Shown here: one piece after another, positions 1 to 18,464 of the stretch
How positions within the stretch are numbered: position 1 is the first letter of the stretch
Layout: the number at the start of each line of letters is the position of its first letter
The notes under the pieces: model-generated
Database searches by the model: none
What the model was told of the DNA's origin: nothing
What the model saw: only the letters and a program-made list of their open reading frames with translations
Program-made: the position numbers and the translations under genes
Source of the DNA: the human T2T-CHM13v2.0 reference genome, Homo sapiens
Length of the DNA: 64,000 bases
Assembly: GCF_009914755.1 (NCBI RefSeq)
Contig: NC_060936.1
Strand: one strand, 5' to 3'

Positions 1-230
1 ATGAGAGAAAGCAGCAAGGGTAGACTGGGAGCACATTGTGGACGGCTTGATATTTTCTTCAGCAATAAACGGAAGTTGTCAAGAAAACAAAAGACACCAT
101 CAGGCCTGTGCTTTGGGAAGACGTAACTGGCAGTGGTGTGTAAGACATACTGCTGGAGGATGAGGCCGAAGGTAGGGAGACTGGGAAATGCCATGGCTGA
201 TAAAATGGAAAGGAGGGTAGAAATTGCGAA
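1..230 (-). mobile_element. L2 fragment
   Basis: Degenerate purine-rich sequence resembling antisense L2. Confidence 0.45.
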
Positions 231-292
231 GTGTGGCTTCTGTGAACTACTGCTGTCTTTTATTGTTTTAATTTAGAAAGAATGAATGCTCA

Positions 293-598
<306 letters not shown>

Positions 599-678
599 AG
601 TTAGTTGAATGCATACTGGTTATTTGTTGAGGGGAGGAAACAAAGATGATGGTGAAGTTTCAAGTCTTAACAGCTAGG

Positions 679-1195
679 CGTATTAGTCAGGGTTCTCTAG
701 AGGGACTAATAGGATAGATGTATATATGAAAGGGAGTTTGTTAAGGAGTATTGACTCATACCATCACAAGGTGAAGTCCCGCAACAGGCCATCTGCAAGC
801 TGAGGGATAAGGAAGCCAGCTGGAGTCCCAAAAAGCTTAAAAATAGGGAAGCCAATAGTACAGCCTTTAGTTTGTGGCTGAAGGCTCAAGAGCCCCTGGC
901 AAACCACTGGTGTAAGTCCAAGAGTCCAAAACCTGAAGAACGTGGAGTCCAATGTTCGAGGGCAGGAAGCATCCAGCAAGAGAGACTCAGCCAGTCCAGT
1001 CCTTCCAAGTTCCTCTGCCTGCTTTTATCCTAGCTGCACTGGCTGCTGATTAGACAGTGCCCACCCCGGTTGAGTGTGGGTCTGCCCTCCTAGTTTACTG
1101 ACTCAAATGTTAATTTCCTTTGGCAACACCGTCACAGGAACAATACTTTGCATCCTTCAGTCCAATCAAGTTGGCAGTCAATATAAACCATCACA
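679..1195 (-). mobile_element. MLT2A (MLT2A2-like) HERV-L solo LTR
   Basis: Reverse complement starts TGTGATGGTT and ends AGAGAACCCTGACTAATAC; 5-bp TSD CTAGG/CTGGG. Confidence 0.85.
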
Positions 1196-1507
1196 CTGGG
1201 TTAAGCCCAAACTCGTTCTGTGTCCATCAACATTTGGTCCTTCTCTTGACTTTGCTAAAATTGTCTATGACTCATGCTTCCCTCAGTTTCTTAGGAAAAC
1301 TCAGGCTCAAAATCTTGATGCAATGGTTCATTTCTTTTCTCCCTCTCTTGCCTTCTACAACAAGTTCCCAAGTTTTGTTCTCTTGATTGGGCAGTAGCAA
1401 CGACTTCCTAATTGGTCAGGGCCAACACATAGTTTTATTTCACCTTTAACCTTTCTCACATACTACTGACACTTCAATTTTAATCTTAAAATCATAACTT
1501 TGGACAA

Positions 1508-1794
1508 TTTTTTTTTTTTGAGACGGAGTCTCGCTCTGTCACCCAGGCTGGAGTGCAGTGGCACAATCTCTGCTCACTGCAACCTCCACCTCCTGGGATT
1601 CTCCTACCTGAGCCTCCCAAGTAGCTGGGACTACAGGCGCCCACCACCACGCCCAGCTAATTTTTTTTGTGTGTTTAGTAGAGACAGGATTTCACTGTGT
1701 TAGCCAGGATGGTCTCGATCTCCTGACCTCATGATCCACCCGCCTTGGCCTCCCAAAGTGCTGGGATTACAGGCGTGAGCCACTGTGCCTGGCC
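1508..1794 (-). mobile_element. AluSc/Y-like
   Basis: Antisense Alu, TSD AACTTTG(G/A)ACAA. Confidence 0.93.
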
Positions 1795-1814
1795 AACTTT
1801 GAACAATTTTAAAA

Positions 1815-1960
1815 AATTTTTATTTTAAGCTCAAGGGTACACGCGCAGGTTTGTTGTACAGATTATTTTGTCACCCAGGTATTAAGCCTAGTACCCATTA
1901 GTTGTTTTTCCAGATTTATCTACCTCCTCCCAACCTCCACCCTCCGTTAGGGCCTAATGT
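1815..1960 (-). mobile_element. L1PA/PB 3'UTR fragment
   Basis: TTTTATTTTAAG...CCCAGGTATTAAGCCTAGTACCC resembles an antisense L1 3' end. Confidence 0.7.
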
Positions 1961-2144
1961 CTCTAACTACCATGCTGCGTTTTGATTAAAAGGTTACTGT
2001 CCACTGTATTTTATTTTTTCAGGTGAGAAAGAAACATAAGAAGCAGTTGAGGGACCAGGAACCGGGTCCTCTAGGGATGAGGAGGCATTCTGTTGGATGG
2101 TTTTGCAAAATGTTTCCTCCAGAGTCATCTGCCTCATTAACAAT

Positions 2145-3286
<1,142 letters not shown>

Positions 3287-3701
3287 TTAAGTCAAGGGGA
3301 GGAAGAAAATGTGGTTAAGAGTGCCAAATACTGTAGAGGCAAAGAAAAATGAAAAGTGACTAAAGGATTCTATATGTAACAATTAAAAGAGTCATTGGTG
3401 ATTTTTTTTGAGACAGACATTTCATAAAATTATAAACCTTTGGGGCTGAAAGGTCCTACAGAGATCTAGCTCTCTTTCTCCTTCTAGGAGAAACTTCTAG
3501 GATTCTTTCAAGAATCCTAGAGATTCTTGGGTGTCAATTTTTCCACATTTAAAAAACTGGGAAATGTTTTCTTGGGAAAACTGACACCCAAGAATTTCAG
3601 GGGTTTGCCCAGTCTCTAGGAGCACTATCTAATACTCTGTATTTCTTTCAGTTCAGACTTGTGTCTTGTATTTGTCTATTTTTTTAATAAAGAATTTCTG
3701 A

Positions 3702-4012
<311 letters not shown>

Positions 4013-4255
4013 TGCTAATCTGCTTTCCGAAGCACATCAATTTAGGGAATGTGAAAATCTAAGAGGCAGATTTTGATAAGAAAAACTGGCACTGAGGGAT
4101 GAAAGAGAAAAACATTACCCATAGCATGGTTGTGGATATAACAAGTTCTATAATTTTAAAGTTCAAAATGTCTTTTAGTGTCTCCCATCATGCAGAGGCA
4201 GTTTCTTCTGTACATCTTATCACCGGAATGAGGTTCTATGTGTTGAGATAGATGA

Positions 4256-4480
<225 letters not shown>

Positions 4481-5179
4481 TGAGGAGGGTAAAAGCTAAA
4501 ATGCCCAGGGTGGAAGAGTGACTAAGAAGTGAGGAGTGAAGGAGTGTGGATTGACTATCTATTTATAAAACAAGTTTAGCAAAGAATGATGAGAGGTTTC
4601 TAGGAGTGGAAGATAATGCAATTAAAAAAAAAAAAGGGTGAAAACACAACCTTTACATGACATTTCTTGTTCTAGTTCAGTCCTCATTCCTGGGCCCCTT
4701 TTAACTAATTTCCTTATTGTTTCCTTTCTTCTTCAGACTCCCTTTGAACATTTACTATCTCTATGAAGTCTTTCCCAACTATAATCATCATATTATATAT
4801 TTCCGTGTATCCCATACATGACTTTTTAGAATTATGAATAATTATTATATAACTTTATATGTGCAGTTTAAAAAATTTAGTCTTTCGGAGATCAGTATGA
4901 CTCATGTTTACTGTATCCAACCCTAATACCTCTTACTAGACACACATACACACCATCCCTGATCCCACACATGGGTACTGAAACATTGTTCTTATGTTTT
5001 GCCATCTTCTCAAGCCATCTTTAAGCCTTTCATCCATTTGAAACAGGACTGAGCACCCTGTGTGACAAAGTGATAGAAGTTAAGTGAGTCAGATATGACT
5101 GGCTGGTGTGGGCTGATTTCTGCTCCTGGAGTCTCAGATGGTTTTGCGGCAGATGCAAATGTTCATCTACCTAAAAAGG

Positions 5180-5712
5180 CGGCCTGTCTTCCCTCTTGCT
5201 AACTGAATCTTGCTTTTTTTGAGGTATTGGGCAGCAGTGGGCTCAAGGAAGTTAGACCTGCCCCATGGTGCAAGGGCTTAACCCCTAACCGATTAAAGCA
5301 ATCACGTTAGCCTCATTCTTTGCCGGTGGGAAGGGGTGGGCTTGGTTCCGGTTATGGCAATGGAATACAAGGCAAGCCTCTGCAAAGTCTGTGAGAATCA
5401 TTTTATTTCCTTGATAATAGAGAAAACATTGGGGTTGGGGGTACTTTCTGACTCTTCCTTTCCTTTTTGCTAAGTACATTAGTAGGAGGAAGTACTGCTC
5501 GGAGCTATGGCAACCATCTTGTGACCTTGCAGTAAAAGCCAAGAGAATCTCAGTGACTCTGCCCTGGAGCGCTGACAACTTTGAGCCTCTAAACTGCTTG
5601 GGGCCACTTACCTGTAGACTTTTTGCTCACAAAGTTATATCTTTGTGGCTTAAGCCTCTATTCGTCAGACTTTTTTCTTTTTGTAACTTGTATCTGGAAG
5701 TATCCTAATGGA
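5180..5712 (+). mobile_element. Old MaLR LTR (MLT1J/K-like)
   Basis: Degenerate MLT1 motifs, 3' end resembling GTTACTTGCAGC...ATCCTAA. Confidence 0.5.
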
Positions 5713-6122
5713 AGCCTTGTCTATGAGGGAAGGGGTAGCTAGATGCGGAAAAGGCGAGTTTCAAAGCTGAGTCAATTCAGAGAGGTTGTTTACTAAGGAA
5801 AGTTTGAAATAGTGCAGTGAGTGGAAGAAAATGAATTATTGTTGGGGGCTGAGAGTAAAGGGACACAGGCAATGTCCTCAAAGTCTAGCTCATGTCTGGC
5901 ACACAGTAAATACTTATTACATCTTGAATAAGGGACAGTGCTGAGTCAAATTTAACATGTGTGGTAAGGGTCAGGAAAGTCGGAAGCTAGGAGAATAAAG
6001 TACAGGATGAAATTCATTTTAAGGAAAGAGGATGAGTAGCTTAGAAGTAAAGTTTATATGGACACTGGTATGACAGGATGTTGAAGTAACCACACAGGGT
6101 TAGACAATCGAAGAATATCTCA

Positions 6123-6560
<438 letters not shown>

Positions 6561-6774
6561 TCAAGAAATCAAGATATGATATTTGAGATGGATTTTGAAA
6601 AACATGATTTGACATGGAGGGGAGGGGAGAGCTGTGCAAAGTGACAAGAGGAGCAAAGACATGGCGTCAGGGGTGGGAAGTAAGCAATGGGGTGCCATTT
6701 CTCTTTTTTGCTTTTTGTCCATTCACTCAAAATCATCTCCTTTCCTTTCTTTTAAGTGTTTAAGGCTTTGTATT

Positions 6775-8255
6775 TTAACTTCATTAAAAATGCTTAAATT
6801 GCGGTAAAATGCACGTAACACAAAAATGTACCATCTTAACCATTTTTAAGTGTACAGCTCGGTGACATTAAATACATTCATATTGTTGTGCAACCATCAC
6901 CATCATCCATCACCAGAGCTCTTTATCTTGCAAAACAAAAACTCTGTACTATGAAAAAGAAATAAGTCTAGGGACCCCAAACTCATGAAGCCAAAGGGAA
7001 AAGTTAAGCTGGGAACTGGGTCATGCAAACCTGCCTCCCTTTTTGGTTCCCAAATAAGATGGCTACAAGATGAAAAGCCACACACCTCCCTGATATTTTG
7101 CCCACAAGGAAATTCCTAGTGAGTTCCAAGATCTTTACCCTAAGGTGTTTCTGTTAAAATTTCACCATGGCAAAGTAAATTGATAGTTTATCTTTACAGG
7201 TACAGTCATCCCCCTGCCCACCAGCCACAAATGCATATCTGATTGTTCCCCTGCCCCATTTTGTCTATGTCATCTTAGGTAAAAATGCAGATTCCCTGGA
7301 TTTTTCCTCTGTCCCCTTTGTCTGTGTCATCTTATGTAAGAAATGCAGATTCAGTGAGATAGACAAAGGCATGAACGAGTATTTTTCCTTGCCCCCTCTT
7401 ACATGAAAATTGTGTAATTCTCAATATCCCACCCTTTCCCCTTTAAATTTGTAGCCCCCCAAGTCATCTTCAGAGAAGGCATAGACCTATCTTCTAGGCG
7501 TGCGTCCTTAACTTTGGCAAATAAACCTCCTGAAATGATTGAAACTTGCCTCATAATTGTTCTAGATTGACAGTACCTATTGAACAATTAGTTCTCCCTC
7601 TTCTCAGCCTTTGGCAAACACTATCCTACTTTCTGTCTCTGTGAATTTGACCACTCTAAGTACCTTATATAAGTGAAATCATACAATATTTGTCTTTTTG
7701 TGTCTGGCTTATTTCACTTAGCATAATATCCTCGAGGTTCCTCCATGGTGTGGTGTGTGTCAGAGTTTCCCTCCTTTTTAATGCTGAATAACATTCCATT
7801 GCACATATACATCGTATTTTGTTTATCTGTTCATCTGTTGATGGATAGTTTGGTTGATTCTACCTTTTGGCTATTGTGAATAATGGTGCTATGAATGGCA
7901 TATCTCTATGAGACCCTGCTTTCAATTCTTTTGGGTTTATACCTAGAAGTGGAATTGATGGATCATGTGTTAATTCTATTTCCAAGTTTTTGAGAAACTG
8001 CCATACTGTTTACTGTAGTGGCTGTATTGCTTTACATTCCCACCAGTGGTGCACAAGTGTTCCAATTTCTTCATATCCTTGCCAATACTTATCATTTTTT
8101 AAAAATAGTAGCCATTTCAATGAGTGTGAGGTGTTATTTTATTGTTTTGATTTGCATTTCCCTAATGATTAGTAATACTGAGCATCTTTTTATGTGCCCA
8201 TTTGCATATCTTCTTTGGAGAAATGTCTATTCAAACCCTTTATTATTTTTTAAAT
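6775..8255 (-). mobile_element. L1MB-type 3' fragment, interrupted by a MER4 LTR
   Basis: ACCATCTTAACCATTTTTAAGTGTACAG 3'UTR motif; resumes at 7577 into the ORF2 C-terminal region. Confidence 0.8.
6950..7572 (+). mobile_element. MER4 (B/C-like) ERV1 solo LTR
   Basis: GGGACCCCAAA...AAGGGAAAAGTTAAGCTGGGAACTG; AATAAA; ends GACA; 4-bp TSD GTAC (6946-6949 / 7573-7576). Confidence 0.85.
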
Positions 8256-8274
8256 TTTTCTCTCTGCCTTTGGC

Positions 8275-8450
8275 TTTTTTTTTTTTTCCTTTTGAGACAG
8301 AGTCTTGCTCTGTCCCCCCAAGCTGGAGTCCATTGGTGCAAACTTGGCTCACTGCAGCACTGCAATCTCTGCTTCCTGGGTTCAAGCGATTCTCATGCCT
8401 CAGCCTTCCAAGTAGCTGGGATTACAGGTGCCCGCCACCATGCCTGGCTA
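8275..8450 (-). mobile_element. Alu right-arm fragment
   Basis: Antisense right monomer with T-tract. Confidence 0.85.
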
Positions 8451-8719
8451 CATTTACTCATTTTTAAATTGGGTTATTTGTATGTTGCATTTTTTCTTTT
8501 CTTTTTAAAAATGCCTGGTGTTGAATATTTAAATCATGTTGAGGCATGTGGGGAAAACTGGCACGGACCACCTGTAAAGCTAGCCCCAGTGGCAGGCCAT
8601 TATCCAACAGGTGTTCAAGCTCCTGAGTAATGAAATAGCTGAATATCGCAGATGAAGCAGTCTTGATCTCAGATTCATTAGTAGAGGCAATTTAAAGTAG
8701 TGGCCGGGAGCAAAACCTA

Positions 8720-8905
8720 TAGAGTCAGATATGCCATCACTTATTTGCAGTGTGATCTTGGGCAAGTCTTTCAAACTCTGTAAGTTTTGATTTTCTCATC
8801 TGCAAGAAGGGGAAACTAATAATAGCTGTCTCACAAGATTATTATAAGGATTAATGAAGTAATATGTATAATATGAGCTCAGTACAATAGTAAGTAATCA
8901 ATAGA
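8720..8905 (+). mobile_element. MIR
   Basis: GTGTGATCTTGGGCAAGT...TTTCTCATCTG core. Confidence 0.7.
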
Positions 8906-9788
8906 TGATATTATTAATATTGTATTATTTTATCGTTATTATTTTAACCTTCGGTGTTGCTTTTTCAGTACTTACACTTAACTCTTAACTCTCCAGTTCT
9001 CCTTAACTTAATCTTAACTCTCCAGTTCTCCTTGGCCATGGCTAACAGATCTCAGTCAGGAGATGGTGGTAGCCATTGGCATATCAGTGAGCTGGGAGTT
9101 TGGGAGCTGGTTCAAATACTAATGCTAGTGTTCTCAATGCTTACTTATTGTGGCCTTCTTATTCAACATTGTCTTCTTGGCCATATCCCTACACACATTT
9201 TTGACACTATTGAGTAGCCAGTCACAATGTATCCCTGACACAGCCTGATGACTATAGGACAAATAAATATTAAATGGGGTATGTATTATATAAAAGACTC
9301 AATATGTAATGGATGTCGTACATGAATGGCTGAAAACTGAGAACTGTTCCAAAGTAGAATAAAATGAGTAGATTTCAATTCACTTTAACTTAAACAAATC
9401 AATAACAGCAAAAATAAAATTATTGAGTACTTATTTTATTTTAAATATATTGAAAGGCACTAGAAATATAAAATAAAAAATTGAGCATTTATTCTCAAGG
9501 AAGTGACAGTTTAGTAAAAGAGAAACATGAAAACAATTACAACGAAGGTCAACAGGCATAGGGATAGGAAAAAAATTACAAGGTAGTGTAACACCACAAA
9601 GTAGGGGAATTGGATTGACCATCTAGATAGGCTGGTGAGGTCTTCATGGGGAGGGTGACACCTGATCTCAGAACAAGACAGTTGGGCATCACATGAAAGG
9701 AACTCCAGAGAGTGTTGTACATGTGCAGGGTTAACAGGGTTAATAGTGAGATACTAGCTAAGAAATTGGAAATAAGAGTATATTGCCA

Positions 9789-10092
<304 letters not shown>

Positions 10093-10252
10093 GAGTATAT
10101 TGCCCTCTGAAATTTCAGATAATAGAGTAGAGCATTGATTCAATTTAATACATCTAAGATGGGTTTTGAGGTTCTGACTTCTGAAAAATCTTCCCAAGGG
10201 ATGGGGCTGCTTCTGGGCAAATAACCTGATGCTCTTCATGAGATGATCTCAC

Positions 10253-10440
10253 TCAGCATTTCCCAAGCCCATGTGCTGCAGAAGACTCTTCCTCAGGATG
10301 CTAAAGGTAGTGTGAGGAAGGTCCATGTTCAAATAATTTTGGAAAATGCTATGTTAAATAATGTAATACAACTTTTTAAAGCAAGATCCCTTAAAACAAG
10401 TTATGAATCTCTAAGAGGGGATACAGTGTGTAGCAATTTA
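10253..10440 (+). mobile_element. hAT-Charlie MER (MER112/113-like) fragment
   Basis: CAGCATTTCCCAA terminus and TGGAAAATGCT internal repeat; similar sequence at about 43832-43985. Confidence 0.5.
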
Positions 10441-10527
10441 GTATAGATTTCTTTAAAATCTGTAAGTCTGTGAAGATGTTATTGTTTATATGTCTTTGTA
10501 TGGGTCTGTATGTGTTTGCTGGGCGTG

Positions 10528-10550
10528 CGTGTGTGTGTGTGTGTGTGTGT
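10528..10550. repeat. (GT)n microsatellite
   Basis: About 11 GT units. Confidence 0.9.
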
Positions 10551-10596
10551 GGCCTGTGTGTCTTTGTCTTCCTATTTCTATTTGAGAGTGTGTGTG

Positions 10597-10958
10597 TAAT
10601 ATGGCTTGGCTGTGTCCTCACCCAAATACCATCTTGAGTTGTAGTTCCCATAATCCCCATGTGTCATGGGAGGGACCCGGTGGAGGTAATTGGATCATGG
10701 GAGCAGTTTGCCCCATGCTGTTCTCGTGATAGTGAGTGAGTCTCATGAGATCTGTTGGTTTTATAAGCATCTGGCATTTCCCCTGCTGGCACTCATTCTC
10801 TTTCCTGTCACCCTGTGAAGAGGTGCCTTCCGCCATGACTGTAAGTTTCCTGAGGGCTCCCCAGACATGTGGAACTGTGAGTCAATTACACCTCTTTTCT
10901 TTATACATTACCCAGTCTTGGGTATTTCTTCATAGTAGTGTGAGAACTGACTTATACA
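10597..10958 (+). mobile_element. THE1 (THE1C/D-like) MaLR solo LTR
   Basis: T(A)ATATGG..TGGCTGTGTCC start, ATACA end, TSD GTGTG inside a GT tract. Confidence 0.9.
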
Positions 10959-11326
10959 GTGTGTGTGTGGGGGGGGTGGGGTGGGGATGGGGGGCGTGTG
11001 CACATGGGTATGTCTGGATGTGTTTCTATGTGTCCCAGGATGGTATTTTTATGTAAATATGGAGGAGACCAGATTGGGAGTAAAGACAAAGAAAAAGGAA
11101 AGCAAGTGTCACCATGGATGTTGGAAATTTCAAGGTATAATGTAAAAAGCAAGATCCTACTGAGACAATTGGGTTAAGTCTGCAATGTATTTTGGTTTAA
11201 AATGAATAATGAATTAGAGATAATTTGGTCTGTGCATTTAGTACTGGTTAAAATAATGTTTTTATTTCTAACATTAAACTGTCTCCTTAAGCATGATAAA
11301 GTAATTGAGTAAAAAATAACTAAACT

Positions 11327-11649
11327 CGCCTGGGCATGGTGGCTCACGCCTGTAATCTCAGCACTTTGGGAGGCCAAGGCGGGCGGATCACCTGAGATCA
11401 GGAGTTCAAGACTAGCCTGGCCAACATGGTGAAACCCCGTCTCTACTAAAACTACAAAAATTAGCCGGGCAAGATGGCGCATGCCTGTAATCCCAGCTAC
11501 TTGGAGGCTGAGGCAGGAGAATGGCTTGAACTTGGGAGGCGGAGGTTGCAGTGAGCCAAGATCACACCACTGCATTCCAGCCTGGGTGGCAGAGCGAGAC
11601 TCCATCTCAAAAACAAAAACAAAAACAAAAACAAAAACAACCAAAAAAA
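11327..11649 (+). mobile_element. AluS with (AAAAAC)n tail
   Basis: Full dimer. Confidence 0.95.
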
Positions 11650-11664
11650 CTCATTTCTCAGAAT

Positions 11665-11940
11665 AAATATTCAGCATATATTTATTGGGTACGTACTGTA
11701 TGCTAGGCATTGGATATATATCCAATATATATCTAGATATATATCTAGATATTGGATATGTTATATATCTAGATATTGGATATGTTATAACAAACAAGAA
11801 AACTTCTTGCTGTTATTTCATGAAGCTCATATTTAGGGGGCAAAAGAGACAGTAATCCAATGACTATATAAATAAATGATGTATGGTGTTAAGTAAAGGT
11901 AATAGCTATGAAGAAAATATAGCAGGTAAGGGGTCAGAAG
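11665..11940 (-). mobile_element. L2 3' fragment containing an AT-rich palindromic insert
   Basis: TTCAGCATATATTTATTG..TACTGTATGCTAGGCA resembles the antisense L2 tail. Confidence 0.55.
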
Positions 11941-11998
11941 TGCCAAGGTTACTATTTATTTTACGCATTCTGTGGTGCCTTAAGTATAATTTTCTTCA

Positions 11999-12293
11999 TT
12001 TTTTTTTTTTTTTGAGATGGAGTCTCACTCTGCCGCCCAGGCTGGAGTGCAGTGGCGTGATCTCGGCTCACTGCAACCTCCACCCCCACCAATTCAAGCA
12101 ATTCTCCTGCCTCAGCCTCCTGAGCAGTTGGGATTACAGGTGCCTGCCACTGTGCCTGGCTAATTTTTGTATTTTTAGAGGAGATGGGGTTTCACCATTT
12201 TGGCCAGGCTGGTCTCGAACCCCTGATCTCGTGATCCACCCACCTGGCCTCCCAATGTGCTGGGATTACAGGCGTGAGCCACTGCGCCCAGCC
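11999..12293 (-). mobile_element. AluS
   Basis: Antisense full dimer. Confidence 0.93.
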
Positions 12294-12294
12294 C

Positions 12295-13800
<1,506 letters not shown>

Positions 13801-13814
13801 AGTCCCTGGTCATG

Positions 13815-14917
<1,103 letters not shown>

Positions 14918-15068
14918 TTAGAGGGAGGGAGAAAGAAATAGGTGGATTTAACACTTAACAGGTTCTTGTTTGTCTGTCTAGGAGTAGAAAAGTATGGTGC
15001 GAATTCTGCCATCTTTTGTTTAATAGATCCTGAGATTCAGCTCTGCCTTAGAAGTTTCAGGAATATTG

Positions 15069-15363
15069 GGCTGGTCATGGTGGCTCATGTGTGTAATTCC
15101 AGTAGTTGGGGAGGCCAAGGCAGGAGGATCACTTGAGCTCAGGAGTTCCAGATCAGCCTGGGAAACAGGGTGACCTCGTCTCTACAAAAAATAAAAAAAT
15201 TAGCCAGGTGTGGTGGCACATGTCTGTGATCCCAGCTACTCAAGGGGCTGAGGTGGGATGATTGCTAGAGCCAGGGAGATTGAGGCTGCAGTGAGCCTTG
15301 ATTCTGCCACTGCACTCCAGCCTGGGCAACAGAGTGAGACCCTGTCTCAAAAAAAAAAAAAAA
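15069..15363 (+). mobile_element. AluJ
   Basis: Diverged dimer. Confidence 0.9.
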
Positions 15364-15402
15364 TCTGTAAATATGAAGAGAGAGACAGAGAGACAGAAAG
15401 AA

Positions 15403-15447
15403 TGTGTGTGTGTGTGTGTGTGCACTGTGTGTGTGTGCTGTGTGTGT
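15403..15447. repeat. (TG)n imperfect microsatellite
   Basis: Interrupted TG run. Confidence 0.85.
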
Positions 15448-15582
15448 TAGACAAAGGCCATTTCTTGGTGATCTGATTAACTTAAGTTTGTGGTTTTTCA
15501 GATTTTAACGCAAGTTTCAGAGCTTATGAATAATGCTCTATTTAATGAATTCATTATTATATGAATTTCATTATTCTAATGA

Positions 15583-15989
<407 letters not shown>

Positions 15990-17266
15990 TAAATCAATTA
16001 ATTCTTGAAATATTCATGATATTACATTCCATTGTGTCCCTTGTGTTTGGAAAATATCTACAGCTGCAGAATGGGGTGTGTCCTGGAGAGCTTCCTGTAT
16101 GCACTGATGATCATAGTCTTTAGCTTAAACATATTGCTTTTTGGTTATTTATGCCAAATGGAGGACATTCAAAATATATTCTTTTCCACATGCTAACATA
16201 TCTGAGGTGCTGAAGTCACCTGTGACAGTTTATAATCGTCTCTCCATGTTTACTGGGGCTCCGGTTTAATGTGACCTTGGGACTGCTGATTATCACAGGA
16301 GATGTTAGAGGACAAAATACCAATATAAGGGTCTCAGTCTCTTTCTCTGTGCAGCCCATTGCTTCAGATAATGAAAATAAATTTTCTCAGGACCTTTTCT
16401 TGTGATATATCCATATTCTAAGCTGAAGTTATGTTTATCACACATGCAGGAAATTAAAAAACAACAGCAATCATAGACTGGATTGTTTTATCTCCCTTGT
16501 CAAAGGAATATTCTTTATTTCTGAGCCGGAATAAATAAAATACTTCCTCATGATAAGCCTGAAACAAGTTAACCCCATTGTGAGAGTAAGTTAGTAAAGT
16601 TCCTGCCAGCTCAAATCTGCCTCTACGCTCTGTCCCCATAATTACGTTTTGCAGGTTAGATGTTTGAAATTGTTCACACCAAGGTTAATATTAATAGATG
16701 AAAATAATTCCTGAGTTAAAGAATTCAGGTGGGTAGGGGATTAATCTGTGCCTTGATTGTTATTCAGGCAGTTGGAAATCAATGTGGAAATTATGCAAAG
16801 AGAAATTACTCCCCAGTAGGTACTTTGTGAAAAGGTTGTGCTGTATCAAATGGCACAGGTAATAGATACCGCATGAATTTAAGATGCAAGTGAGGCTTGA
16901 GTCTCACAGGGAGATGGAAATGCCTGGATGACAGAGTGATAAGTGGCTGCATTAAGCATTTTAAATACTTAATTTTCACCAAGTGCAAAAACTGAATGAT
17001 CATGTCTCCTTAACAGCTATTGGCTTCCATTGATGTCATTATTTTCTGACTATGATTTAACATGAAAGATAAGTATGTTTTCCAGTAAGCATCCATTCTG
17101 ATAAATAGAAGCATAAATGAGCAGTAAATCCAAAGGGAAAAACATAAACAAATTAAGTAGGAAAACCATCTCTATCCCTGCCTATAACTGGAAACCCTAG
17201 TTGATGTTGCAGTTCTCTAACATGTATTTCCTGATTCAGAATTTTGGTAAAGTAGTAGCCTCATAG

Positions 17267-17626
<360 letters not shown>

Positions 17627-17650
17627 TGAATGTACTCTTAAATGGAGGTC

Positions 17651-18024
17651 TGTTATAGGCTGAATCGTGTCCCCCCAAAATTCACATATTGAAGTCATAA
17701 CCCTCATTACCTCAGAATGTGACTACATTTGGAGACAGAGTCTTGAAAGAGGTAAAATGAGGTCATTAGGCTGGACCCTAATCCAGTATGACTGGTGCCC
17801 CCATAAGAAGAGCATATTAGAACACGGATATGCACAGAGGGGGAGATGGTGTGATGTCATAGGGAAAAGGTGGTTATCTGCAAGCCAGTGAGAGAGGCCT
17901 CAGAAGAAATAACCTTTTTGCACTCTGATCTTGGACTTTTAGCCTCCATAATTGTGTGAAAATAAATTTTTGTTTAGCCACCCAGTCTCTGCACTTCTTA
18001 TGGGAGCCCTCGCAAACTAATATA
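17651..18024 (+). mobile_element. MLT1B/C MaLR solo LTR
   Basis: TGTTATAGGCTGAATCGTGTCCCCCCAAAATTC start; GCAAACTAATATA end. Confidence 0.85.
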
Positions 18025-18464
18025 AGGTTTCAAATGAGAAGGAATGGGAGAGTCTAGGAAAACTGATATCTCTGGAGAGGTTTACATTTTTCCTGTTTGT
18101 TGGGGGAGGTAGGAAATGAAGGATAGGGTAGTTGAGAGTGAAATTCTCACATTTCAGTCAACAATGCCATGATATGGCTATGATCTGTCACTCTCCTTAT
18201 TCAGGAGATGCCTGGGCATAAAAAGGAAAAAAGATCAATATGTTTTGAAACCAAAATATGTCCAGTAATACAACTCATTTTAAGCACAATGAAAAAATTG
18301 CAGAGCAATAGTATAGGATGACTCCATTTGTATGTAAATTTAGATTCCTGTTAGTGCCTATGTTAGACACTGAAAAAGTGTTCCCAATTAAGCATGGAGG
18401 GGTGGTAAAGTTCTTACTTAGTAAAGTAAGAAAATCTTAATCTTGCGAATAGAGTCAAACATGT

